The notes beneath the pieces were generated by a model. That model saw nothing but the letters and a program-made list of their open reading frames with translations. It made no database searches and had not been told where the DNA came from. The position numbers and the translations under genes are program-made. DNA of 63,791 nt, the filler included, from Guillardia theta CCMP2712 (Eukaryota; Protista; Cryptophyta): assembly GCF_000315625.1 (NCBI RefSeq). It is 4 parts of 4 records of this genome, joined end to end, with 100 filler letters (N's around TTAATTAATTAA, not from the genome) between each part and the next. Parts side by side here need not be neighbours in the genome. Positions count along the whole stretch, not along the records: positions 21,655 to 47,950 come from NW_005434552.1; 3 more parts are not named here. The stretch is one strand, 5' to 3'. Each line of letters starts with the position of its first letter. Position 1 is the first letter of the stretch. Positions 27,501-39,376 of this stretch are shown here, in pieces.

Positions 27501-29074
27501 TTGAACTTCCTCCCCTACCCCTGCCCTACCTCCTCCTCCCCTACCCCTACCCTTCAGCCTCCTTCCCATCCTCCTCCTCCTCCTTCTCTACCTCTCCCAA
27601 CCTTCCCGTCCTCCTCGTCTTCTCTACCCGTCCTCGTGTACTGCAAGCGTCCCTCGCGTCTTTCCCTCTATTTCACATTGGTTCTCTTCCTTATCCTGGG
27701 TCTGGCTCGAGGGTGGGAGGTCATCCCATCAAGACTGCAAAGCACCAGTCAAGACCCTACAACATAACTCCTTCCTCCTCCTCCCACCACCCCCCGGATA
27801 TTTCCTCTGGGGCCCCTATGCCTTCAAGTTCATGGATGTGATCTTATCAATTTTCTTGCGGTTCTCCCTCAGCTAGGCCACACATGGATATGGCGGGGGA
27901 GTCTCACCCGTTCTTCCAAATTTGGAAAAAAACAACAGGCTGGTCCCCGTTTTGCAAAGAATTGCCCAGGCATGTTTGTTTCAAGGGCGACTTTCACCGC
28001 CATCGGTTTTGCCACATCTTGGGATTTTCANNNNNNNNNNNNNNNNNNNNNNNNNNNNNNNNNNNNNNNNNNNNNNNNNNNNNNNNNNNNNNNNNNNNNN
28101 NNNNNNNNNNNNNNNNNNNNNNNNNNNNNNNNNNNNNNNNNNNNNNNNNNNNNNNNNNNNNNNNNNNNNNNNNNNNNNNNNNNNNNNNNNNNNNNNNNNN
28201 NNNNNNNNNNNNNNNNNNNNNNNNNNNNNNNNNNNNNNNNNNNNNNNNNNNNNNNNNNNNNNNNNNNNNNNNNNNNNNNNNNNNNNNNNNNNNNNNNNNN
28301 NNNNNNNNNNNNNNNNNNNNNNNNNNNNNNNNNNNNNNNNNNNNNNNNNNNNNNNNNNNNNNNNNNNNNNNNNNNNNNNNNNNNNNNNNNNNNNNNNNNN
28401 NNNNNNNNNNNNNNNNNNNNNNNNNNNNNNNNNNNNNNNNNNNNNNNNNNNNNNNNNNNNNNNNNNNNNNNNNNNNNNNNNNNNNNNNNNNNNNNNNNNN
28501 NNNNNNNNNNNNNNNNNNNNNNNNNNNNNNNNNNNNNNNNNNNNNNNNNNNNNNNNNNNNNNNNNNNNNNNNNNNNNNNNNNNNNNNNNNNNNNNNNNNN
28601 NNNNNNNNNNNNNNNNNNNNNNNNNNNNNNNNNNNNNNNNNNNNNNNNNNNNNNNNNNNNNNNNNNNNNNNNNNNNNNNNNNNNNNNNNNNNNNNNNNNN
28701 NNNNNNNNNNNNNNNNNNNNNNNNNNNNNNNNNNNNNNNNNNNNNNNNNNNNNNNNNNNNNNNNNNNNNNNNNNNNNNNNNNNNNNNNNNNNNNNNNNNN
28801 NNNNNNNNNNNNNNNNNNNNNNNNNNNNNNNNNNNNNNNNNNNNNNNNNNNNNNNNNNNNNNNNNNNNNNNNNNNNNNNNNNNNNNNNNNNNNNNNNNNN
28901 NNNNNNNNNNNNNNNTTTGAAGAATAAAGATTTGATCGGGAGCAGCAGCAGCACCACCAGGAGAAGATGGTGGGTATCGAGGAGGGAAACGAGAAAGAGG
29001 AGAAGAGCGATCACAAGGGCCAGAAGAAGCTGAATCAGCAGTGGTCGTGGAGGAGGAGGAGGAGGAGGAGGAGA

Positions 29075-29328
29075 TTACCTGTAGTAGGGCGAACAGATCA
29101 ATCTCCCGCATGGACTCATGGAAGCGTCGACGAAGATATCGCGGGATTGGCTGAAAGAAGCGATGAGAGAGAGGATGGAAGGGGAGAAAGGTTGATCCGT
29201 GTTGGAAGGAAGAGGAAGCAGGGGAATCAAATTAAGATTGACAGGGAGGAGTAAGGAGGAGAGATAGGAGCGGAGTCGGACCAAGACAAGTAGGAGGAGG
29301 AGGAGGAGGAGGAGGAGGAGGAGGAGGA

Positions 29329-29369
<41 letters not shown>

Positions 29370-30485
29370 AGGAGAAGCAAGTAAGGAGAGGGAGAGGAGG
29401 AGGAGGAGGAGGAGGAGGAGGACATCAGTCTGTCACAGAGACCTGTCTTCACAGATTCCGACGAGTCTCTTTGGAAAGATCTGAAATAAGATCAGCGAAT
29501 CGAAGACATTACAAGTATGCATCGATATGAAACCCTAACGAAGATATGGAATGTTATCTCGTCATCTTCATCATGGTACATCTTGCAATCATTGTCTTCA
29601 TCATCGTGAAATTCACATCTTGAATACGATTATGAGCATCATCGCCAGAGTGCAATCACCAACAGCATACTCAAACATACATCTTGACAAGTTGTCATGA
29701 GTATAAGTTTACCTGCCATGCCTTGTATGCATGTACCACATGTATTTCTCCTTTCTTGCGTTTGCGCGAAGAATTTCCTGGTGAAAGAATCATTCGTAAA
29801 CCATGCTGAAATGAATAGGCGAGGCAGAAGGAACATCTTTTAAAATCAAAGATGGAGAAAGGAAATAAAGAAGCAGAGAAAGGAAGAGAGAAGTAGAGAA
29901 GAGAAGAGACGAGAAGAGAAGAGAAGAGACGAGAAGAGACGAGAAGAGACGAGAAGATGGGAGGGGAGCGGAGAGGAGAGGAGAGGAGAGCAAAAGAGAA
30001 GAGAAGAGAAGAGAAGAGAAGAGAGGGGAAGAGAAGAGAAGAGCGAAGAAGAGGAAAAGAAGAGCGGAGAGCAAAAGGTGAGAGTGGAAGGAGACAGGGT
30101 GTAAAAGGACGACAAGTGAGGAGAGGATAAAATCAGAGATATCAGAGGCCAACCCACCGAGACTAGTTTCCGTCTGGTCAGGTATCGAGTCTCTTCGATG
30201 TATCCATTCCCTCTGTTGTTGACAAACATGATCAGAAAAAGTAGACGGAACAACATAATGATAAAATGTGATGATAGTTGTAAAGCTGCCTGTGACGGTG
30301 AATAGAAATGCAGAGCTCATCAAAATACAAATGAGATCATCAGCAAAATCGACAACGGCAGCAACAGCAACATCAAAAACAGCACTATAGTCATCATATC
30401 CACCTTTGTCTTCATGATCATGAGTTATCATTCTATCAGCACCATCATACCACAAACACCAGGAGCAACAGGAGCAGCAGCAACG

Positions 30486-30519
<34 letters not shown>

Positions 30520-32232
30520 TACTATCAACCGTACCATCTGATCAGAAACAAAATCATTTTGTCCCCCGGATAAGCGATAAACGCAGAGTTGATCCATGAA
30601 CTCTCCATTAATGAAGCTGAAAGAATTCCTAGACATGAAAGTTTTCAACAACCAAAGCCATGCAGCTCTTGGCTGCTGCCACCCGTACTTACCAACCCCT
30701 CCCCCTCCCTATCCCCCTCTTTTTCTTTTCTCCCCTCGCTTCTTTGACCTCCATCATTGTGACCTCGACCTCTTCCCTCCTCATCCTTCATCCCACTTTC
30801 TTGCATCTCCCTAGGGACTTTCTCCTCCTCCTCCTCCTCCTCGTACCTTCGAGCAAGCAGCAGCGACTCGTTCGGACGGTTCCTGGGGCCGGTAAGGACG
30901 GAGAGGGTGAAGCCAGGACGAGGCTCGTGGAGGAGCTCAAGTCTATTCCTCTTGCGAAGGCAGGAAGGAGGAATGATACAATAGTCTCTCCTCCGGCAGA
31001 AATTGTTGTGGTTCTTGTACAACTTCTTCATCTGAAGGATCCTACTGATGGCTGTTTGCTCGACGAGCATCGTTGTTGCAGATGTCTTACTATGCATATC
31101 CAACAATGCTTGTGAGAAATCGACGTCGTTGATGATGATTGTACTCCCGCTGGGTAGGAAATGTCAGAGAGCAAACCATCTCTATCATCTCTATCATCAT
31201 CATATCCATTATGTCCATCATCATATCCATCATAATCATCATCATCATCTCCATCATCTGTTTAATTGTGATTCGTCGTCATTTCCCCCTCACCCTTCAT
31301 CGCAGAAAGAGACTATCAGCCTCTCCCCATTCACATCTCTTGACAGCGCCATCCGACAAAGTTTCTTGTGCTTGAGAATCTGAAAACCAATCATCAACTC
31401 TCAGAATTATCTCTCCTCCACTCCTCTCTTCCATCCCCTGTTTTCTCTCCCCCCTCCTCTCTCTCCTTCTCCTCTCCTCTCTCACCACATTGTTCCTCCA
31501 CCCCGTCGCAACCTTCGAGCTTCCATCCTCATTGATATCCCATATCCTCACTGTCCCATCTAGACCCGAGGACAGAAATTCGCTTCTGCTCAACGGCTCG
31601 ATGTTCTTCACCCAACCTCCATGTCCCACGAACTTCTGAACCAGCGCTGAGCTCCTTCTTCCTCCCCTTTCCCCTTCTCCTCCTCCTCCTTCACCTGACC
31701 TCCCACAGCCACTCGACTCAAGCCTTCGCATGTCCCACTGCTGTACCGTCTTGTCGTCAGAGGCTGTCAGGAGGGTATAGCCGTCCATGAATTTAAAGTT
31801 GTTGACAGGCCCGCTGTGTCCATGCAAGATGGATACGACGCGACATCGCGCCCCTCCTCCTCCGTCTCCTCCTCCTCCCCCTCCTCCCCCTCCTCCCTGT
31901 CGTGGATCAAGAAGGCGGATCGTGCTGTCCTCCATGCACCCCACCAGCATGTTCCCCGTGAGGTCGAATCCCACGCAGAAGCATCCTTTCTCCTCCGAGT
32001 AGCCAGCCGTCTCATCCTCGTACCTCAGCGCTCTCGTCCTCACTCCCTCCCACATGCTCGTAGCTGGCAGTTGGGGGAACCGGCTGGTAGTCGCGAGGAA
32101 CTCCCTTGCCCTTAGCTGCTTCATGACCGAGCCATCTCCTCCTCTGCCTCCATCGCCCCTCCTTCGGAGCATCTCCCCTTCCCCTCTGCGTTCAGGAGAC
32201 CGTAGCACGCTGCTGCAAGTGGCCGCTGCCAT
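29075..32232 (-). CDS. DCAF10: DCAF10/WDR32-like WD40 protein (CUL4-DDB1 substrate receptor); multi-exon, may continue into the gap
   Basis: GCFCVGFDLTGNMLV..EDSTIRLLDP, HGHSGPVNNFKFMDGYTLLTASDDKTVQQWDMR, GHGGWVKNIE..FLSSGLDGTVRIWD, later NRLELL, CVYRL, GYIEE and SPCGRLICSPY, in DCAF10 motif order. Confidence 0.75.
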
Positions 32233-33281
32233 TGGGTGTGGGCGGGAGCAACATCATTAACACAAGATGTTGCTCTGCTGTACGAAAGCATGAGCAGCAG
32301 CGAGGGCAAACAACTTCCAGCCCTCTAGCGCACCTCGTCTTCAGTCGAGGTTGAGAACATTATGCGGTAGAGATGCTTGTCTGATGCCATAGAAGGTGAA
32401 AGGAATGAGACGACCTAGAGAGGTCGAAATCATACATGATGCTTCATGACGATCAGGTTATCTCCCTCCCCACCTAACCCCAAGGGTCTCACCCATCCTT
32501 CCCTCCTCTATAACAACTTGAAGTCTTTATACCAACCTTCTACCTGCTCTGTCTCCTCCTCCTCCTCCCCCTCCTCCTCCACCTCCTCTCCCTCTACCTT
32601 TCCCTCTCTTTTATTGCGGCCATTGCGCTGCATGTTCGGAACTCATACAGCACACCTCATAAAGTTCCCGGCCCTCATACCGCACGCTTATCAACCGGGA
32701 AAAAAAAATTCAATTTCGGTTGGTGACTTCCCTTGTGCTCTGCCGCTGCTGGTGTGGTGGGTAAGAAGATATTGCTGTCTTTTTACTTACACTATGTCTG
32801 AATCTGAGGTGAACTTGCTCAACCTGTCTACCTCTGCCAGGAGGCCGCCGTTGCAGAGGGTGACGATGCAATGCTGAGAGGGAGTCAGGGAGGGAGAGGG
32901 GGGAGGAGAAGGGAGAGGAGAGAGAGAGAGGATCGAGAGGTGAAGGAGAAGAAGCAGAACTGAGAGGGAGGGAGAGGGTGAGAGGAGGGGAGAAGTAGAG
33001 GAGAGGGGGGAAGGGAGATCAGAGAAGAACAGCTAAGAACTCGGAACAGCTAAGGGGGACGAAATATGGTGAAAGGAGGGGAGAAGAGGGGGGGGCATAG
33101 AGGAGAGGAAGGGAGATCAGAGAAGGAGAGCAAGAGAGGGCAGAGGGAGAAAGGAAATAGAGAGACGAAGGTGGAAAAAACAGAATGAAAGAGAAAAGGA
33201 ATTAGGAGATGCGAGAAAGCGAAGAGAAGAGAAGGACCTAGTACGCCCGTGTCAAGCAACGGACATGTACTCATTAAAGCG

Positions 33282-36200
33282 ATGAGCTTGTTTGGCTGCT
33301 GCTCGTCAAAGGTCAGGCCGGACGAGAGCGAAGAGGACGCGTACTTGTCGCTGAAGCGAAGCTTCGAGGATGCGACAAAGACGATCTCTGAGCTCAGGGC
33401 GGAGCTCCAGGAGGCCAAGGATTGTCTGGCGAGGCAGAAGGACATCAAGCAGCAGCTGTCAAGCTTTGCATGCCCGACGCCTGAGGCGTCAGAGCATTCA
33501 GAGCAGGAGGGGAAGACTCAGGATCAAGCCGTGCCATGGCGCCTCCCGGAGGAGATCCGACGTATGCTTGGGGAGCTCTTGGAGGCCTCCGACGACTCTC
33601 AGCGATGGATGCTGCTCCTCAATGACCTCATCGTCTCTCTGGGCGTCGACGTGTCGGGGCTCATACAGCCCGCCGGTCCCGACAGGCTCTCGCACGAGGA
33701 GTACGAGAGGCGAGTGGCAAGAGAGTGGGAGGTGGCGCGCAAGGCCAGGAGCCTGGAGGAGCTGGAGGTGCTTCGGGTCATGGCGGAGAGCATCCCCGGC
33801 GGGAGCGAGGCGAGTCCTCTTGCGGGGCTGCAGGGGATGACGGCGAGCGCTCTATCGGCTCTATGGCAGACGGCGATAGCGAGGAGGCTAGAGGAGGAGC
33901 CGAGCAGGCTGGCGAGGAAACAGGGGCAGTCGCGCCTGGACAACAACAAGTTTGCGGAGGAGGCGTCAGACGCTACAGGCAGCGGGGAGGTACCGGAGGC
34001 CGTGTACGGGCAGATTGGCGAGTACTTCGGGGGGCTGATGGAGCGGATCGGGCTACCTCAGACGGAGCTGATGAAGGGGATAAAGGAGGAGCACTGCCGG
34101 GACAAGGACGCGGAGGAAGCGTTCACGACGAGCAACTACAACATCACGACGACAGCCAAGGAGGAGTGGCTCAACGTCACAGACCCAGAGAGGAGGCGGA
34201 GGCTGTCGGAGGGGGGGCGGCTGATCCGAGGGATGGAGGAGCTGAAGGCGCACGAGACAGCAATCAAGGCGGGGCTACGAGCAGAGGAGCTGATCGCGCT
34301 GCAGCTCTACACAGGTGAGAGGGGGCAAGAAACAGAGGAGAAGTCCAAGGCAGGATAGGGAGGAGACAAGAGGAAGGGGGGGGGCGAGGACCAGGGGGAG
34401 GAGGCGAGGAGGACAGGGAGGAGGCGAGGAGGAGGCATGTTCGGTAGCTGACGGGAGGTTTGCGGGGTACCAGGGCCGATGTTCTGCAAGTACAACCTGG
34501 CGCTCCGAGGCCCCGACAAGGTCGCTAACAGGTACACGACGACCATCCACTGCATCGTCAGCGGCATCGTGAAGCTGTCTCGTCACTCGAGCCTGCCCAA
34601 GGGACGGCGAGTGTGGAGGGGCCTAAGCGGGCGGAGGCTGCCGGAGAGGTTCCTGCTGGAGAACGAGCTCGGGGTGTCCGGAGGGGTCGAGTACGGGCTG
34701 CTGAGCACGACAACAGACGTCAATACGGCGATCCAGTACATGGGGAAGGGGAGAGAGCCGATCGTGTTCGAGATCAGCTGCGGGGCGATCGACCGGGGGG
34801 CGAGCTTGGCGTTCTTGTCTCAATATCCGGGGGAGGAGGAGATGTTGTATCCGCCGCTGTCGTACCTGGAGGTGGTGAAGACGCCGCGGTACATAGAGGT
34901 AGAGGGGAGGTGGGTGAAGTCGCTGGAGCTGAGAATCAACGCCAACACGATGAGCTTGACGATCGAGGACATGCTGGGAAAGAGGAAGCAGCTGTACGTC
35001 GGGCTGATGGAGAATATCGTAAGGGAGGTAGAGCGAGACGTGAGGGGTTGGGAGCCGAGGATCCAGGAGCGGCTGGTGACTGCGACCGGTGACCATGTAC
35101 ATTGGAAGCACGAGGAGCTCGTGAGATCTATATTGGAAGAGTGCAGGAAGCTGGTGGAGGCGAGCAGAGCACGGCCGGCGGAGTGGTACAACGAGGACTC
35201 GAGATACAAGGAGGCGATCGAACTGTCAAACACGATGAAGGACATGGCAATGAATAAGCTCAGGCACTGGATCGAAGACACTCGAGGGGACTGGCAGTGC
35301 GAAGTCCTCGCGAGAGAGTCGATGAAGTCAGTGTACTGGAAGACGATGGGAGGTCTAATGCACCAGACCTACTCGCTGACAGGAGGGGAGGAGGGCGCCG
35401 GACAAGACGTGTGCAAGAGACTGTGCGGGATGTACGGGGTGTCGAGCTCAAAGAACGAGGAGCAGAGGGGGCCGGCGACAGTGATGGCGGTGGTACGGGG
35501 GCAGGGCGAGCTGATTCCGCTACTCAAGGCAGCAGGATGCGACATGAACGAGCGGGGGGAGGACGGGAGGGCCGGTCTGCATGTAGGAGCGACACTGGGG
35601 AGGGCGGGGAGCGTGAGGGAGCTGATAGAGGCAGGGGCAGACGTAGAGGCGAAGGACTGGGAGGGAAAGACATGCGTGCACTGGGCGGCAGAGTACGGGC
35701 ATGTGGAGGTACTGAAGCTGCTGGGAGAGAAGTGCGGAGAGGAGAAGCTGAGAGATCTTGCGAGGGTAAAGGACAATATGGGCAGACTATGTAGTCACTT
35801 GGCGAGCTACGAGGGGCACGTAGAGGTAGTGAAGTACCTTGCGGAGACATGCGGGAAGGAACTGCTGTGGGAGCCAAACAATACAAGTCAGACATGCGCA
35901 CTGCTTGCGAGCGAGGGAGGGCACCTCGAGCTTCTTGTGTACCTTGTGAGGACATGCGGTGAGGAGCTGCTGAGAGCCAAGGACGATGATGGCACGACAT
36001 GCGCGCTCGCGGCGAGTGAAGGAGGACACCTCAAGGTTGTCAAGTTTCTTGCTGAGACATGCGGAGAGGAGGTGCTGAGAGAGAAGCGAAATGACGGCCA
36101 GACGTTCGCGCTGCGTGCAAGCCTTGGAGGGCACGTGGAAGTGCTCAAGTACCAAGTGGAGACGTGCGGGGAGCAGGTGCTGAGAGACAAGGACATCAAG

Positions 36201-39110
36201 GGCCGAACATGCGCACTGCAGGCCAGCCAGGGGGGGCACGTGGAGGTGCTCAAGTATCTCACTGAGAGGTACGAGGAGAAGGTGCTGAGGGAGCAGGACA
36301 ACGCTGGCTCATCATGTGTGCATTACGCAAGCCAGGGTGATCGTGTTGATGTGCTGGTATACCTTGCAGAGACATGCGGGAAGGAGGTGCTGAGAGCGAG
36401 GACGAAGGACGGCTCGACCTGTGCGCTAGCGGCAAGCGTTGTAGGTCACATCAATGTACTGAAGTACCTTGCGAAGACATGTGGAGAGGAGGTGCTCAAA
36501 GAGAAGAACAACGACGGTGAGACGTGCTCGCAGCTGGCAAGCAGAGCAGGACACCTGAAGGTACTGAGGTACCTTGCTGAGACAGGCGGGGAGGAGGTAC
36601 TGCGAGTCAGGGACAGTATAGGCAAGACATGCGCGCATAAGGCGAGCGAGAAAGGACATATCGAGGTTCTGAAGTACTTTGTGAAGACCTTCGGAGAGGA
36701 GGTGCTGAGAGAAAAGGACAAGGATGGCAGAACTTGCGCACTTTATGCAAGCGCTGTAGGACAGGTAGAGGTACTGGGGTACCTTGCGGAGACATGCGGG
36801 GAGGAGCTGATGACCGAGAAAGACAACCAAGATGTGACATGTGCACACATCGCAAGCCAAGAAGGACACGTTGAAGTCCTGAGGTACCTTGCCGAGACTT
36901 TCGGAGAGGAGCTGCTGAGAGCAAAGAAAAATGACGACGCGACATGCGCGCATGTGGCAAGCTTGGGAGGTCGAGTGGAAGTGCTTATGTATCTTGCGCA
37001 AAGATGCGGGGAGGGGATGCTCAGGGACAAGGACAAGGCCGGTAGGACATGCACGCATTACGCTTGCCAAGAAGGGCATCTAAAGGTACTGAGGTACATC
37101 GCGGGGACATGCGGGAAGGAGCTGCTGCAAGAGAGGGACAAGGAGGGTATGACATGCGCTCATAGGGCTAGCGGGGGAGGGCATGTGGAGGTACTGAAGT
37201 ATCTTGCTGAGACATGCGGGGAGGAGGTGATGAGAGAAAAGACTATCAACGGAATGACATGTGCGCATATCGCATGTCAGGGAGGGCACTTAGCGGTACT
37301 TGTGTACATCACGGAGACATGCGGGGAGGACGCGCTGAGAGAGGAGAGCGGCGTTGGTACGACATGCGCACACATCGCGAGCGCTGCTGGACATCTTGAA
37401 GTTTTGATGTATTGCGGAGAAACATGCGAGGAAGAGTTGCAGAGACAAATATCAACCGTCGGCATGACATGCGCGCATATCGTGAGCGCTTTAGGGCACG
37501 TGGAGCCACTGAAGTACCTCGCGGAGAAATGCGGAGAGAAGCTGCTGAGAGAGAAGAGCAGGGATGGTATGACATGCGCGCATATCGCAACCATGGGAGG
37601 GCATGTGGAGGTATTGAGGTACCTTGCGAAGACATGCGGGGAGGAGCTTCTGAGAGAGAAGAACGATGATGGTAAGACATGTGCGCATATCGCAACCCAG
37701 CAAGGGCACCTGGAAACACTGGCATACCTCACAGAGACCTGCGGGAAGGACGTGTTGCGAGACAAGAACAATGATGGCCTGACATGCGCGCACATGGCAT
37801 GCCAGAAAGAACATGTAGAGGTACTGATGTACCTTGTCGAGACATGCGGGGAGGAGCTGCTGAGAGAAAAGAGCGATGGCGGACGGACGTGCGCACATTG
37901 GGCTGGCTCTGTAGGGGGTGTGGAGGTACTGATGTACCTTGTTGAGACATGCGGGGAGGAGCTGCTGAGGGAAAGGGATACTGAAGGCCTGACCTGCGCC
38001 CATTTTGCGTCCATCGTAGGACACGTGGAAGTACTGAGGTACCTTGCGGAAAAATGCCGGAAAGATCTTCTACGAGCAACAGATTTTATCAGCAGGACAT
38101 GCGCACACGCAGCAAGCGCGGGAGGTCATGTGGAGGTACTGAAGTACCTGGTGGAGACATGCGGGAAGGAGCTGCTGAGTGAGAAGAAGCGTGACGGATG
38201 GACATGCGCGCATATCGCATGCCAGGAAGGGTATATGGAGGTACTGAAGTACCTCGCCGAGACATGCGGGAAGAAGCTTCTGAGAGCTAAGACCGATGAC
38301 GGCCTGACGTGCGCGCATATCGCCAGCGCTCAAGGGCGTCTGGAGGTTCTGAAGTACCTTGCTGAGACATGCGGGAAGGAGCTGCTGAGAGAGCCCGATG
38401 TTCGCTTGAGGACATGTGCTCATTTTGCGTGCAATGAAGGGCACCTTGAGGTAGTGAGGTACCTCGCGGAGACATGCGGGAAGGAGCTGCTCGGAGATAA
38501 GGACAAGGATGGCTGGACATGCGCGCACGCGGCAAGCTTGGGAGGGCATGTAGACGTTCTGGTGTTGATCGCGAAGACATATGGGGAGAAGATCCTAAGA
38601 GACAAAGGAAATGATGGTGCGACATGCGCGCATGCGGCAAGCCAGGAAGGGCACATGCAGGTACTGATGTACATTGTGGAGACATGCGGGAAAGAGGCGC
38701 TCAGAGACAAGAAGGATGGTCAAGTGACATGCGAACATGTGGCGTGCGCTGTAGGGCACTTGGCAGTGCTGAGGTACCTTGCGGAGACATGCGGGAAGGA
38801 GGTGATGAGAGAAAAGACTATCAACGGAATGACATGCGCGCATATTGCAAGTCAGGGAGGGCATGTGGAGGTACTGAAGTATCTTGCTGAGACATGCGGG
38901 GAGGAGGTGATGAGAGAGAAGAAGAACGACGGAATGACATGCGCCGATTACGCAAGTCAGGGAGGGCATGTGGAGGTACTGAGGTACCTCGCGGAGACAT
39001 GCGGGAAGGAACTGCTGACAGAAGAACATGATGACGGTGGGACGTTTTTGTCTATCACTGGAGAGCAAGACATCAGAGCCTTTTGTGAAGGTTTGGGGTG
39101 GAGTAGTTGA
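33282..39110 (+). CDS. Mono-ADP-ribosyltransferase (R-S-E/ARTC-like) fused to ~33 ankyrin repeats; exons 33282-34314 and 34474-39110, ~1889 aa
   Basis: GT-AG intron 34315-34473 joins ...ALQLYTG|PMFCKYN in frame. Motifs VWRG (R at ~34617), STT (~34704) and SQYPGEEEMLYPP (~34818-34856). Ankyrin units of the form G-x-TCAH-x-A-x-x-x-GHVEVLKYLAETCG. Confidence 0.88.
35781..39035 (+). repeat. Coding tandem array, 31 x 105 bp (35-aa ankyrin-type unit)
   Basis: 35781 + 31x105 = 39036, which is the start of the C-terminal cap (GGTFLSITG). No net indels. Two further ankyrin units precede the array from 35565. Confidence 0.92.
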
Positions 39111-39125
39111 GTGACTGAGACTAAG

Positions 39126-39207
39126 TGAGAGGAATACATTACAACTCTTACCTTGAGAGGAATACATTACAACTCTTACCTTGAGAGGAATACATCACAA
39201 CTCTTAC
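39126..39207. repeat. 28-bp tandem repeat x ~3 in the 3' flank of the ART-ankyrin gene
   Basis: tgagaggaatacattacaactcttacct twice, plus one near-identical copy. Confidence 0.9.
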
Positions 39208-39332
39208 ACACCCTGATCAAGCTACTGTAAGCTCAATCCTTGTCGGGTCAACTGCAGCAGTTTGAACCCTTCGGCTCCTCCTGCCTCTTGTCTCTCCATG
39301 TATGCCATACTTTATCCCTTGATTCCTCTTCC

Positions 39333-39376
<44 letters not shown>

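Noticed and set aside
27884-29111. Long ORFs of 330-376 aa
   Set aside because: They consist mostly of N-gap translated as X.
34613-39167. Many alternative-frame and antisense ORFs over the ankyrin array
   Set aside because: They are shadows of the repetitive, GC-rich true CDS.
39126-39207. 28-bp repeats as a possible CRISPR array
   Set aside because: The units are directly adjacent with no spacers, and the context is eukaryotic with no cas genes.
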